Notes: a model not told the origin generated them from the sequence alone. Positions 9,920 through 23,313 are shown, numbered from the whole stretch's first letter. The stretch: DNA of 63,252 nt, filler included, from Circinaria calcarea (GCA_051942165.1; 21 parts of 21 records of this genome joined end to end with filler, not necessarily neighbours in it); one strand, 5' to 3'. Program-made: numbers and translations.

Positions 9920-12142
9920 AAATATTTTACCATTTTTGCCCCTGTTTGTCAGAAATTTACTATAGGAATCCTCAACTTCCTAGAAACTCATCATCGAGTT
10001 TATAACATTATGCGTTCTTTTACGTTTTGGATAGGGTAAGGATTTGAGCATTGCCCCTAATGAGAAACTCTGTTCAGTGTGCAGCCACTTGGAACCGAAG
10101 AGGCGGATAAACAACGCAATTCAATATGCTCTACCTTGATAGATACTCCGCAGGAATTATCAGATTATTTTAAACTAAGTACGCCATGTTTTATATTGAC
10201 TTTGTAGATAATATCCTACTGCAGACATTCCCATTGCCTTTCACTCTGCATCGTCAGCATGGTTTGCACCACAATCATGGTTCAGTTTCGATTAACAGGG
10301 TATTCAATGACCAGTCAGGTACAGTCGAACTTGGTACTCACTGACCTGTCAGATACAGTCGGACTTACGCTCTACCATACCAATGCAATGGTACAATTGG
10401 AAACTAGGCAATAAATCGCCTTTCCTCCGACGCTACCTCCACAGTAGCAACGAATAGGACCGAGAGCCGGTGTAGCATTGCGACCCTGCATTCCAGCCTT
10501 GCAAGGCCTCTTTTAGACTCTCAGTAGGTAGTCGAGGACCTTGCGCTGCCACTTGTTGTATCGTTCATTTCTCGATTCCTTCGGTATACTTGGACCAATG
10601 AGTCCATACCCCCAGGAAGGTAATCTACGGTTATCCATGTGAGGAAAGAGGAAAGGGAAGGCTTTATTCCTCCGGCTTCGAGCGAGGGTGGTCCGAAGAC
10701 GGTAATGACTGATGGAATAATTTAGCCATTAGGCGCCGAGGGAGATGGATATCCATGATTCCTGGGTCATTCAGTAATGGAGAGGGAAGCGATGTTGTTC
10801 AGCATGGACCGTTCTAATCTCATCTCCGAAGTTTGGGCAGTTGGCATTTAATATTCCAGGGTTATTTCTACGTTCAAGTCAGCCGACTGGATATGATGAT
10901 CCATGTCAATATCGGATGACCGAGCATTGACTGTGTTTTGATCTCATCTCCCTTTGCGCTCGAGATGTACGATGCTGGTAGGTTCCATGGTGGTGTGTTC
11001 CCCTTTACAGGATGATACAGAGGCGCATCGGAATTTAGATTACGAATCCTTTCAGTTGGAGGCGTGGGTCGTGAGATACAGGGTAGTGATTCGATAACCA
11101 CTCTCTATCAGCTTACATTGTTTGTGCGTGGATAAGGCAAGGTCATAAGTGGATGGAGTGGGATAGGAGCATGAGATGTAGGACGAGGTTGTTGCGCCAC
11201 CTTCCTATGGTACTCGAGGCAGGTGACACGCTCTTGTGCACAACGTCCAGCTGTAGGATGTGTCGCTCTTTCTAGTAGAAACCTATCATGCGCAGAGATC
11301 AACCTGGTATTGTCAGTTGAGATGCAAGACTCACCTATCGTCCAAGCGCTTTTCCCATCTTTGTACGCCCATGGCCTTTGTCGACTTTTGGCTTGGGGCG
11401 CCGTTGGGGAGATTGCCAACCGGGATATTCTGCTCCCCCCCTTGTTACCCCAGATCCACGCTAGTGGGCCGCTCCGAGATTACAAACGTTGATTCGCTCA
11501 AAACTTGAAATCAGTAATCTTATCTTTGTCATACCAACGTCCGTAAATGACTGGTGATACTCCCCCGTCACCTGGTTGAGGTCAACTACCGAACTGATTC
11601 TTAGCGACAGCTAGGTCAATGGCCGTGCAACACAGGCTCTTGAGTCTGGGATGACCGTCCAAACTTTCGTCGACCCTCAGGGTTCGTGTGCCCCGTGTGC
11701 CCCGTGAAGACCCATCGAGTAGAATATGGTGGGATAGCCATAGACTATAGTTACCCTTGATTGGCAAACACTGTTGAAGAGTCATTTGGGGAATGCATTT
11801 GCTCTCGGAGAAGCCCTCTTCGAGAAGGTAGAAACGGGGATGCTTATCATCACACCTGGTGACACTGCCCGTGTTGGTTCGGGAGGATTGTCAGAGTGCA
11901 GCAAGGGGTTAGATATAAAGTCAGTGCTGCATCTCCCTATCTCTATCCCTTATTCCGTCCTGGTGCCCTATTCCACTCATTAAAACCCAGTCACTCCTTT
12001 TCAATCAGTATCCTGACACCATGTTTACCAAATTCATGTACANNNNNNNNNNNNNNNNNNNNNNNNNNNNNNNNNNNNNNNNNNNNTTAATTAATTAANN
12101 NNNNNNNNNNNNNNNNNNNNNNNNNNNNNNNNNNNNNNNNNN

Positions 12143-15071
12143 GTCTGGTCTTGCTGGAGTTAGGCCACTCAGCAAGATGGAGCTTTCAAACTTCTGCCAG
12201 ACTGCGTTCGACTTAGTATCCTCTCCTGAACCTGACAGGAGGGAGCAAGTTATATCGAAACTGGCAACTGACGGTGGCTTGGCCCGAATCCAGGAGGTCA
12301 TCAAGATTGAGTATAAAAGGCTGTCACCCTCCGACTCCATTACACTGTTTCAATGTACTACACTGCCACTATTGCAGTCAATCACCCACAAATTAGTGTT
12401 ATCGTCTCTCGTACTGGAGAGCCCGAGGGGTACAATCTTCAATTTCATCTTCGGTATTGGTGGTCGCCGCGCAGTTGGATTCTTTGGGAGTTTGGTCAAG
12501 CTTCTCTCGGAGATTGACATCACAAACCTTGGTAACATGGACTTACTCGTGTTATCCCTATGCTCCATTTCGACTGCTCTCTTACAAGTCATTGATTGCA
12601 ACCAGATCGCCAACATTATAGAGGAATTCAAAACTTTCATGGATTCAATCAGTACGCTTTATGATGATTTGCCACTGGGTTACAAAGAATCACTACTGGG
12701 TCAGACCCTCAAGAGGAATCTCACAAGTATTCGCAGTCGTCTAGATTTTGGGTCCAATATTGAGCGCGATACTGAACTCGAGCACGATGCACAGTTGATA
12801 CAACCTTTGGCAACTTTTGAGACTGGTGTTGACTGGCCAGGAGAACTTTCGGAGAATGGACCAAGACATGACAACGATCATGCGGACATAGGACATATTG
12901 CAGTTATGCCAACTGCTGGCGAGATAAGGTCTAACCGCGCGGAGTACCTCCCTACCACAGATCATACAAAACTCCACCTCGAAGGGGTGGCGGGCCTTCT
13001 TGATCGGCAGTTTCGACTGCTACGAGAAGATACTATTGGCCAACTCAGAGACTGCGTTCGGTCCGTCCTTGAGCAACTCAACACATCGGGCGGAAACCCT
13101 CAGTTTGATAAGAGGACGCAGCATGGTGCTAGATACTTAGTATATCAATCTGTGATCTTATCAGACGTTATCTTTGAGATGAAACGAGGACTGCAGGTTA
13201 TTGCTGAATTTGATCAGCCAATGCCAGTGCGAAATATGGCCCTGCAATCAGATCGGCAACGTTGGTGGTCCGAGACCAAGCAGCTTCAGGTGGATTCGTT
13301 GCTTTGCTTGGTTGACTCGGTAGGCAAAACCATTTTCATGTCAGTGTGCCAAAGAAACGGTACACAGGAATCACCCAGAGAAGTGCCTGCAGAATCCTCG
13401 TCATTCCTTAATGAGGCGTCGACTTCATCTGATCCTGGACGTAATTTGGAATCCCTGGGCCAACCATTTCCCTTCGAAAGCCAGATGGAGCCAGTCAAGG
13501 ACCTGTGGACTGGTCAACGTCGCTGTGCGATAACCCTTCAGTTGGTTGATGTGAATGAGCAAGGGACCACAGATATCCTGGGGCGCAGTCAGACAGGAGA
13601 GAAGCCTAGCCAGGTGCTGGTAGAATTTCCAGGAGTGTTGCTGCCATCATTCAGGCCAACACTTGAAGCTTTGAAGGACATGAGTCGTCAAGTTTCAGGC
13701 GGTGTCCCCTTTGCTCATCTCATCGCACCATTTACAACAGAGGAGGATGGAATTGGAGATACCGGAGTTGGACCTCCTGCTTATTCTTTACAACATGGAT
13801 TTAGGTTCGAACTCGACTCTATCACGAATGGAAAAACCTTGACGCTAGGGAGTCGAGAGAAGTTCGATCTCAGTTCACTTGAGCGCTGCTCGACACTTGA
13901 TGAGGCACAGTGTAACGCATTGGTGAATGCCCTCTCAAGAGAACTGGCCCTAGTTCAAGGTCCTCCTGGGACTGGGAAATCTTATGTTGCTATTCAGTTG
14001 GTCAAGGTGTTGTTAGCGTCTCGAGAGGAAGCAGAAATGGGGCCGATTATCTGCGTGTAAGTTAATAACTTATTTGTGATCAAGACTCTGATCATGCTAA
14101 TACACATTTTAGCTGTTATACAAACCATGCATTAGATCAGTTCCTAGAGCAGATCGTTTCGGAAGGCACGAAAAAAATCATCCGCCTAGGTGCGGGTTCC
14201 AAGTCAAAGGTCCTCGAGCCATTCAATCTAAAGAACGTCACCTCTGAGATGGAAACGACCAGAGCCGGCCACGCTGCTGTAGGTGAAGCTTACAAAGCTC
14301 TCAAAGAAAGCGGTCCAGAAGTCGCTTCTCTACTACAAGACCTGAAGCGAAGCAACAGTATCCGTCTTGTTAAGGGCTTTCTTGAGGCCGAATTCCCAAC
14401 TCACTTTCGAGAATTGTTCCGAGAAACAGACGACGAAGGCTTCACCTTTGTTCGTAACTCAAATCGCGACCCGATTCAAGATTGGCTTCATGGAGGCACG
14501 GATGAGATGCACATCAAAAGACGCCTCCTTACTCGCACAATCAATCAACTTAGCTCTTCAAGCCTTTTTGGGATGTCGCTGACTGAGCGGCAAATTCTTT
14601 ATCAAGACTGGGTCAGGAGCATAAGAGAGTCACTCACAGCCCAACTACATGAAGCAATCGGCACTTATACTGAGAGCAAGGAGAAACTTCGTCAGTGTCG
14701 GCGTGACCTCGACTTGCGTTGCTTGGAGGGGGCATATGTGGTTGGTCTCACCACCTCAGGACTCGCTAGGAACATCGATCTCCTGCGACGCCTGAATCCG
14801 AAAGTAGTGATTTATGAAGAAGCTGGAGAGATATTGGAGGCTCACACCCTAACGGCGTTGTTGCCAAGTGTTGAGCATGCTATCTTGATTGGTGACCATG
14901 AGCAGCTCCGTCCTCAAATTCAAAACTACGATCTGTCGCTCGAAAACCCCCGAGGGCGCAAATACTCACTAGATGTCTCTCTTTTTGAGCGCTTAATTCG
15001 CTCACCTAGCTCTGGCAATCCTATTCCGCATGATACCCTCCAAACTCAGAGACGGATGGACCCAAGCATCT
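12143..15071 (+). CDS. ZNFX1/NFX1-type Upf1-like superfamily 1 helicase, internal fragment
   Basis: GPRHDNDHADI..I.VMPT..EI, LLDRQFRLLREDT, Walker A LVQGPPGTGKS, intron 14057-14112, CYTNHALDQFLE, Walker B-like YEEAGEILEAH, LIGDHEQLRP, SLFERL, LQTQRRM. Confidence 0.88.
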
Positions 15072-15171
15072 NNNNNNNNNNNNNNNNNNNNNNNNNNNNN
15101 NNNNNNNNNNNNNNNTTAATTAATTAANNNNNNNNNNNNNNNNNNNNNNNNNNNNNNNNNNNNNNNNNNNN

Positions 15172-17205
15172 ATGAAGCCATCCAGCCTCCTCTTGCCGCC
15201 GAACGCGGCGTTGAAATTCCTCGCCTGCGCGACGCTGTCCGAACCCACCAGTGCCTCTCCCACCATGAAGATCTTGTCTGGGTTTGCGTATTCGGCGAAT
15301 TTCTCGAGGGAGGACATTAGGCGTGCGTCGTTGTGGCGGCGGCCGGCGGTGTCGATTAAGACGACGGAGAAGTTGTGGGTGGCGGCGTAGGAAACGGCAT
15401 CTCGGGCGATGTTGGCGGCGTCCTTACCATAGCCCTTTTCGAAGAGTTCTATACTTCCTCGACCTTCTCGGGCGGCCAATTCTTTCAGATTTCGGGCGTG
15501 TACTCGCAGTTGCTCGACGGCGCCAGAACGGAAAGTGTCGCAGGCGGCGATGAGAATTTTGAAGTCGTTTTGGAGGAGGAAGAAAGCTAGCTTGGAGAGG
15601 TTTGTGGATTTGCCGACGCCGTTGACGCCGACGATAGAGATGACGTATGGGCGTGGTTTAGGGGATAGAGGGTTCATTGTGGAGGGGTTGGTAACGGACG
15701 TGATCGAACGGAGGAGGTCAAGGGAAGTGGTGGGAGTAAGAATCTTGCGTAAAGATGATTCCATGGCTGTACGTATGGCGGTTTCAACACCTAGAGTGGT
15801 TGTCTTGTTAGCAAACAGCATTCATTGTACGTGAAAAGGCGAGAGGGTGAAGTGGTAGTCGTACTCTCGAAGCTACCTGTTTTAACACCGATAAGCTCCC
15901 TCTCAACCCCTTCGCATAGTCGTACGGCGGCTTCTCTCGCAACATTTTTGTTCAATAGATGTGTTTCCATGCCCTTCATTGACTTATCCAAATCCTCTTT
16001 AGTGAGCACCTTCCCCCCAACAGCACTACGAAACAGGCCCGTTATAGCACTGAGGCTCGAGCCCACTACTCCGCCGGGTGTAGAACTACTCCCAGATTTT
16101 TGTGCATTGGCCCCTGCTAGTATCGAGTGGACCTCAGTGTCGAGATCTTTGAGAATAAATTCCCCCTTCCCTGTTCGTGTCCCAACAGTCTTCAAGTCTA
16201 CATTCTCAACCTCGCCTAGCTGAGCTGTTTTTATATCCTCAGCTCTATCGACATTCGGAGAGATGGCCGAGTAGTCTAGAGTAACTTCATCATCCTCGTC
16301 TACCAAACCATCCGCGTCCCATCTCCTCGGTTTTTTTGTTTTTGTCTTTGTCGGTTTTGTCCTTTTCAGGTCTTCATCTCCAGAGGACACATTGACTGGA
16401 GTTCCAGCTGCCTTTCTTGCCCGCCGAGAGGTTCCTTTCGGCACGGATTTAGAGGAGAGAATGTGGCCAGGAGAGGGTGTGGTAGGTCGCGAGGTGTCGG
16501 GAGTAGGAATCGGAGTGACGTCCGTTGATGTAGCAGTACTATGCGGAGTCTTCGAATGGACTGAAACGATCACTTTTAGTCAAGATGTTAGATGTCCCCA
16601 GATCACTAGCACATACCGCTAAGAAAGGCTGGTAGAGGTGGTGGTAGCTCATCTGTGCCTGCATCTGAGCTTGACGGGGGCGTGAGATCGTTATCTGTGA
16701 GCCGATCTTGAAGATGAATGCTCTCCTGGTTCGTTCCTTCAAGCTCTTTTATCTGTTGGTCGAAGTAGGCGTCAAAATCGCATTCTACCACGCTGGTATG
16801 TGGTTTCTTCAGCTGGTCCTTGTAGAGGTCCACAAAGATAGTTCGAATGTTGTCCAAAAGTTTATCGATCCAGGAAAGGTGCAATAGGGACTGGTATACG
16901 GCCTAAGTAACGTCCTTCTATTAGTGAATACGAACTTTCCAAACCTTTTCGTCACAGCAGCCTCATACCACAAATATTAAGCCAAGATCCTTAACGCCTG
17001 TCCATTTCACCGTATACTGCTCTCTCTTATACGCGGGATTGCGAGCTGCGGAGACGTCGTCTGCGACGCTGGCGCCCGGAAGCACTTTCTCCTCGATGAA
17101 TACATCTCTTATGAGCCCGTTGATCACGCTGGCACCCACTGGTACGTATGACCGAGACCAAAGTACCACTCCTGACGTTGTCAATATTTCAAAGCTGTCG
17201 AGCAT
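15172..17205 (-). CDS. SRP101: Signal recognition particle receptor alpha subunit (multi-exon, 3' truncated)
   Basis: N-terminal MLDSFEILTTSGVVLWSR (SRX domain); GTPase motifs GVNGVGKSTNLSK, DTFRSGAVEQL, DTAGR, VGEALVG. Confidence 0.95.
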
Positions 17206-17457
17206 ACTGTCCTAGAGTGCTCAGTTTGTAGGGCGCAAAGCGCAAAACTGTCAATTGAAGGGACGACGAGGGCAGCGTCACATCTTCAGGGTTCTGCCGA
17301 AAATAAGGCGAGATCTGATCTGCCGCTAATGATGCCGGCTGCCATTTGTTCCACCACTTGTCCCCAATAGGCACCTTCAAATACAGACGAGGTCCATCTG
17401 ATTTATAGAAAAGTTGCCTCGTGTGTTTTTGATAGCACCTTTCTACACTTGCAGGCA

Positions 17458-18097
17458 ATGCAACGACAACCGTACGCTCCACTACCAGCTCACTCCCCTC
17501 CTCTCCACCACCCCGTTCCCCAGCATGTCTCTACCGTCCCAATGATGCGCTCCCCTCCCCCTCCAGTCCCCCAACCTCAAGCAGGCTCCAGCTATAGCAC
17601 ACCATATGGTAGACATGTTGAGCAAGCACTGAATAGCAGCGGCCAGTATGCCCCAGCATTTGGGGGCTTCATGAACGACCAAACGGCGCAAATGGGATTT
17701 CAAGTGGGGAAGAGTGCGGTGATGGCTGGACAGGAGTACATGGAGCAAAACGTATGACTGTCTTCTATCCAGGTTCCAGAAGTTTTAGTCTCACTACGGC
17801 AATACTAACGAAAGCGTAGATAAACCGCTACGTCTCAATTCCAGCGTTGAAGCACTACTTCAACGTCACCACTCCCTATGTCCTCCGCAAGCTCTTACTG
17901 GTCCTCTTCCCCTGGCGTCACAAGCCCTGGTCCCGTCAACAGCGTCCTTCTACAACCGGCTCACAAGATCAATCCAGCTACTCCTACTACTTCCTCCCTC
18001 CCCGAGAAGATCTCAATTCTCCAGACATGTACATACCCGTTATGGCCTTTGTGACATACATTCTCCTTTCCACCCTTCTTGCCGGTCTGCGAGGAGA
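17458..18097 (+). CDS. YIF1: ER-Golgi transport membrane protein Yif1, 5' part
   Basis: AQMGFQVGKSAVMAGQEYMEQN, intron, NRYVSIPALKHYFNVTTPYVLRKLLLVLFPWRHKPW...PPREDLNSPDMYIPVMAFVTYILL. Confidence 0.93.
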
Positions 18098-18197
18098 NNN
18101 NNNNNNNNNNNNNNNNNNNNNNNNNNNNNNNNNNNNNNNNNTTAATTAATTAANNNNNNNNNNNNNNNNNNNNNNNNNNNNNNNNNNNNNNNNNNNN

Positions 18198-21119
18198 TTC
18201 GTTTGCTTATCCGTCACGGCCGGATCAGCTTGCACTAAATAATGCCAGCTTCTTCTTTCCAGCAGGCGAGACTACCTTTGTAATCGGAAAAAGCGGATCT
18301 GGCAAAAGTACCCTCGGGAATCTCTTATTACAATTCTACATTCCTGCGTCCGGGGAAATCACAATCGATGGTGAGCCTATCAATACCCTTGACACCAGCT
18401 GGCTACGGAACAACATCACCCTGGTCCAGCAGCAGAGCGTCTTGTTCAACGAGACGATCTTCAAAAACATTGCTTTCGGCTGTAGGGACCATGAAAATGT
18501 TAGGCCAGAGGAGGTTGAGCGATGTCTCGACACTGCAGCATTGGTGGAAACTATAAGGGAGCTACCGCAAGGTTTGGAAACGCTTGTCGGAACAGGAGGC
18601 AGTGCAATGAGTGGTGGGCAGACGCAAAGAGTAGCCATTGCCAGAGCCCGCCTGCGAAATACTCCAATCCTCGTGCTCGACGAAGCTACCAGCGCTCTTG
18701 ATCATATCAATCGATCACTGGTCCTGGAAGCTATTCGGGAATGGCGCCAAGGCAAAACGACTATCATCATCACACATGACGTATCCCAGATTCTAGAGGA
18801 TGACTACGCATACATCCTGGACCAAGGGGCCATCGTTCAGGAAGGATACCGTCACGCTCTCGAGAAAAATGAGGACGGTCCATTCGCTAGTCTATCGCAA
18901 CCTGGAATCGCACTCCCAAACGAAACCTCTAGGGATGATCAGGATCTGAGACGTCAAGGAAAGGGTATGAGTGTTATAGCCGCTTCTCCACGTCAATCAA
19001 TCGTGTCCCGGTATTCGATGGACATACGAGTTCACCGAAGATCTCTGATCCCCATGGTATATTTCCCGTCAGCAGATCAGCAGTCCTCTCGGCGATTATC
19101 AGAAGGTCTCATCTCTCCGTTATCTCCGGTCATGGCCCATGTGCATCGAATGTCGAGTGTTCGCGCTTCGATGCTACCTTTACACAACCATTCTAGGCCT
19201 AGGGAATCATTGCCCTCGATATTCGATAGTGTGCCTATTGAACTGGAGACGTTTCCGCCGTCATCGATACATGAAGGGCCTGCTCCTCTTGAGAACAAAG
19301 CTCCATTGAGCAGATTTTCACCTCGACCGGTGTCACTCCTCGAGGAAGATACAAAACCACCCAGACTGAAAGCGATTCTTCCAACCAAGAAGCGGAAAGC
19401 CAGACCAGACGAGAAACTGCGGCAGGTTGATTCCCTCAAAATGATCCTGAGCACCGTCTGGCCTCGGTTGACTGCTAGGAACCGCGTCATCCTTCTTCTT
19501 GGGTTTGCTGCTGCTTTTGTCCATGCGGCGGCGACTCCAGTCTTCTCGTGGGTATTTTCACAACTTCTGTCATCATTCTATGTTCCAAACGGATCCCAGA
19601 TAGCCTTGAAATGGTCACTTGCCGTCCTCGGCGTAGCTATTACCGATGGCGTCGCATCCTACTTCATGCACTACCTTCTCGAGACTTGTGGCCAGGCATG
19701 GGTTGACACGTTACGGATCGAAGCTATGAAGCGAATGCTGGATCAGCCGAAAGCGTGGTTTGATAGAGACAAGAATAGCCTTTCCCGCCTGACTGAATGT
19801 TTGGATCGTAATGCGGAGGAGATGCGGAACCTGGTCGGTCGCTTTGCTGGGTTTGTGTTTGTTGCAGTTGTTATGATGGTCATTGGCGTTGTATGGAGTT
19901 TGATCACCTGCTGGAAGTTGACGTTGGTTGGTCTGGCCTCTGCTCCTTTTCTTTACGGAGTGACTCGGGGATTCGAAGCTATCAGCGGGAAGTGGGAGGG
20001 CAAGACTAACGATGCTAGCGAAGCTGCCGGGGCCATTTTCGCAGAGACGTTTGGCAGCATTAGAACTGTGAGGGCCTTGACATTGGAGGGCTACTTTCAT
20101 GAGAAATACATCAAGGCTACGAATGTCGCCATGAAGGTTGGTTTCAGGAGAGCGACTTACTCTGGGATCTTCTTTGGTATATCTGACGCCGGAATTATTT
20201 TCGTAACAGGTAAGATAGCTTCCTCCGGGGACTTGCTAAAACTGACAATCTGCTAGCTCTGATATTCTATTACGGGTCTATTCTAGCCTCGTCCAACCAG
20301 TTCAGCATCTCCGCTATATTGGTAGTCTTCAACATGCTCCTCTTCTGTATGGCAAACGCCAATGCCATTGTCGCTTTCAGTAAGCTCACCTTTCTTTCCT
20401 TTCCTACCTTTGCAAACCCCGTCAGCTAATACTCACTCACCCCTCAGTCCCGCAAATCAACTCCTCTCGCGACACAGCCACCCGTCTCCTCCGCCTCGCC
20501 AACCTCCCATACCATACCTCCCACGAACATACCGGCACAACCCGCGTCGCGGCACCCTTCCCCATTACGTTCACCGCCCTCGCCTTTGCCTATCCCTCTC
20601 GCCCCCTCCACCCAGTTCTTACCTCCCTCTCCCTAACCCTACACGCCTCCACTGCCACGGCCTTAGTTGGTGTCTCCGGCTCCGGGAAATCAACCCTCGC
20701 CGCTCTGATCTTCGGTCTCTACCCTGTCTCACGAGGCACCCTCTCCATCGCCGGCATCGACATCAACGACATCCACATGCCTAGCCTCCGCAGCATGATC
20801 GGCTTCGTACCCCAATCTCCCCTCCTCTTCCCCACTACCATCGCCGAAAACATCATCTACGGCCTCCCGCCCTCTTCACCCCTAACCCATCAGTCCAACA
20901 TCCGTCTTGCGGCCTCCCAAGCCTGCATTCATTCCTTCATCGCCTCCCTCCCGCAAGGCTACGCCACTCCCGTGCAGGGAACCCCGTCGAATTTCTCGGG
21001 GGGACAGGTGCAACGATTGGCGATTGCGAGGGCGTTGGTGAGGAGACCGCAGTTGCTGGTGCTGGATGAGCCGACGAGTGGGCTGGATGCGGAGGCGGGG
21101 AGGGGGTTGCGGGATTTGC
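18198..21119 (+). CDS. STE6: ABCB-type full transporter, STE6/HST6 pheromone-exporter-like, internal fragment (NBD1-linker-TMD2-NBD2)
   Basis: GKSGSGKST, MSGGQTQRVAIARARLRNTPILVLDEATSALD, long linker, TMD2 with LDRNAEEMRNLVGRF, second NBD GVSGSGKST and FSGGQVQRLAIARALVRRPQLLVLDEPTS; two introns near 20210-20255 and 20380-20448. Confidence 0.82.
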
Positions 21120-21219
21120 NNNNNNNNNNNNNNNNNNNNNNNNNNNNNNNNNNNNNNNNNNNNTTAATTAATTAANNNNNNNNNNNNNNNNNNNNNNNNN
21201 NNNNNNNNNNNNNNNNNNN

Positions 21220-23313
21220 TCAACCTAGTCGTCAGTTCCCAACGCACCGGTCTTGGGGGAAAAACTGTTTTGGAGTTAGAAAGAGACCATGCTGTCGGTA
21301 ACGAGATTGGTGAACATGACATACGGGTCGGGGACATTGTCAGGGTCGGGATGCAGCCAAAGGGTGACGAGAGGAAAAAGGAAAAATCTGAGATGAAAGG
21401 CATGGAGGGCGTGGTGGTTCGGGCAAGTCAGAAGAGCGTCCAAGTCGCTCTTGGACATGAGGATGCTGATCTGGAAGGACTGGGGGGAAAGGTTTGGGTG
21501 TGAGTAGGTGTGCAGATGTTCATTTTAAAACTCAGGTACAATATTTACGGTGGGAGCTTATACTATCTACTTCAGGGTGAAATTGGCCAATGATGTTACA
21601 TATAAGAGGTATATTAGTACAACTGCGGCTCGAGGACTTTACCATGCTGATGTCAATGAAATAGAATGAATCAGGTTATGGAGAAACTAAAGAAAATGGA
21701 GGAGAAAGAATATACTTCGTTGATACGGATCTTATTTGGCCTCGAGTCCCCTACTCTAGTCACCTCTAAGAAAAACGACATTACCGAGAGCCGACTTGAA
21801 AAGATTAACTTTATCGACCCCACGTTGAACGATTCTCAAAAGGACGCGATTAAGTTTGCCTTGTCATCTACAGAAATTGCGCTGATTCATGGGCCACCTG
21901 GCGTGAGTGATAATTGTGCTGTTTTTGATCAATAACGCCTAACAACCACAGACTGGCAAAACATACACCATTATCGAACTAATACTTCAACTGCTTCAGC
22001 AAAAGCTCCGAGTTTTGGTCTGCGGGCCGTCCAACATATCAGTGGATAACATTGTTGAACGACTTGCCCCTCATAGAATACCTATCATCCGGCTTGGACA
22101 CCCGGCAAGACTACTTCCCAGCGTTCTCAGCCATTCTCTTGATGTCTTGACACAGACATCGGAGGCAGCCAGCATTGTCAAGGACGTTAGAAAAGAAATG
22201 GACGATAAGCAGGCTAGCATCAAGAAAAGCCGTAACGGCAGAGAAAGGCGAGCCATCTATGGTGAGATGAAGGAGCTTCGAAAGGAGTATAGGGAGCGCG
22301 AACGAAAATGTGTAAGCAACCTCGTTGGAGGTAGCAAGGTTGTTCTAGCAACTCTACATGGCTCAGGGGGTTTTCAACTAAGGCACGAGGAGTTTGACGT
22401 GGTGATCATCGATGAAGCATCCCAGGCGTTGGAGGCGCAGTGCTGGGTTGCATTGCTGTCAGCTAAGAAAGCGGTATTAGCCGGTGATCATCTACAGCTA
22501 CCACCCACTATCAAATCATTAAACACTAAATCAGCAACTGCCAATGGTCCATCGGAGGCAGACGTACCGGAAATGACAACTCTAGAAACGACACTTTTCG
22601 ATCGGTTGCTCTCCCTCCACGGGTCTTCTATAAAGCGCATGCTTACGACGCAGTATCGAATGCACGAGAAGATTATGCGGTTCCCTTCCGACGAGTTGTA
22701 CGACTCTAAACTGATAGCGGCAGACTTTGTTAAAGCCCGTCTCTTGACAGATCTACCGTACGAGGTTCAGCAAACAGAAGATACTGCTGAACCACTGGTG
22801 TTCTGGGATACTCAGGGTGGAGACTTCCTCGAGAAAGCCGAAGACGACGGCGGAAAGAAAACAAGCAGGGGTGCAATTCTCGGAGACAGCAAATCCAACC
22901 CGATGGAGGCTGCTCTTGTCAAACACCATGTTCGGCGGCTTGTTGATGCGGGCGTCAAATCTGAGGATATAGCAGTTGTAACGCCATATAATGCACAACT
23001 TGCTTTGCTGTCTCAATTACTCAAAGAGCAATACCCCGGCTTGGAGCTGGGTAGCGTGGACGGATTCCAAGGACGCGAAAAAGAGGCTATTATAGTCAGT
23101 CTTGTCAGGAGTAACGCAGAACACGAGGTTGGATTTCTGGGCGAGAAGAGGAGGTTGAACGTGGCTATGACTCGTCCGAAGAGGCATTTGTGTGTAATTG
23201 GGGACTCGGAGACGGTCAGCCGGGGCAGCCAATTTCTGAAACGTTGGATCACGTTCCTCGAGGAGAATGCAGATCTACGATATCCTGACATTGCAGATCT
23301 CACGCATGAATGA
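21220..23313 (+). CDS. HCS1: DNA polymerase alpha-associated helicase A / IGHMBP2 (SMUBP-2) SF1 helicase, 5' truncated
   Basis: SSQRTGLGGKTVLEL, KLANDVTYKR, LNDSQKDAI, IHGPPG|TGKT, CGPSNISVDN, IIDEASQALEAQCW, AGDHLQLPP, QYRM, SVDGFQGREKE, RRLNVAMTR; stop at 23311-23313. Confidence 0.93.

Noticed and set aside
10430..11560. Possible retrotransposon pol remnant on the minus strand
   Set aside because: No RT, RNase H, integrase or chromodomain motif could be read in the frames I examined.
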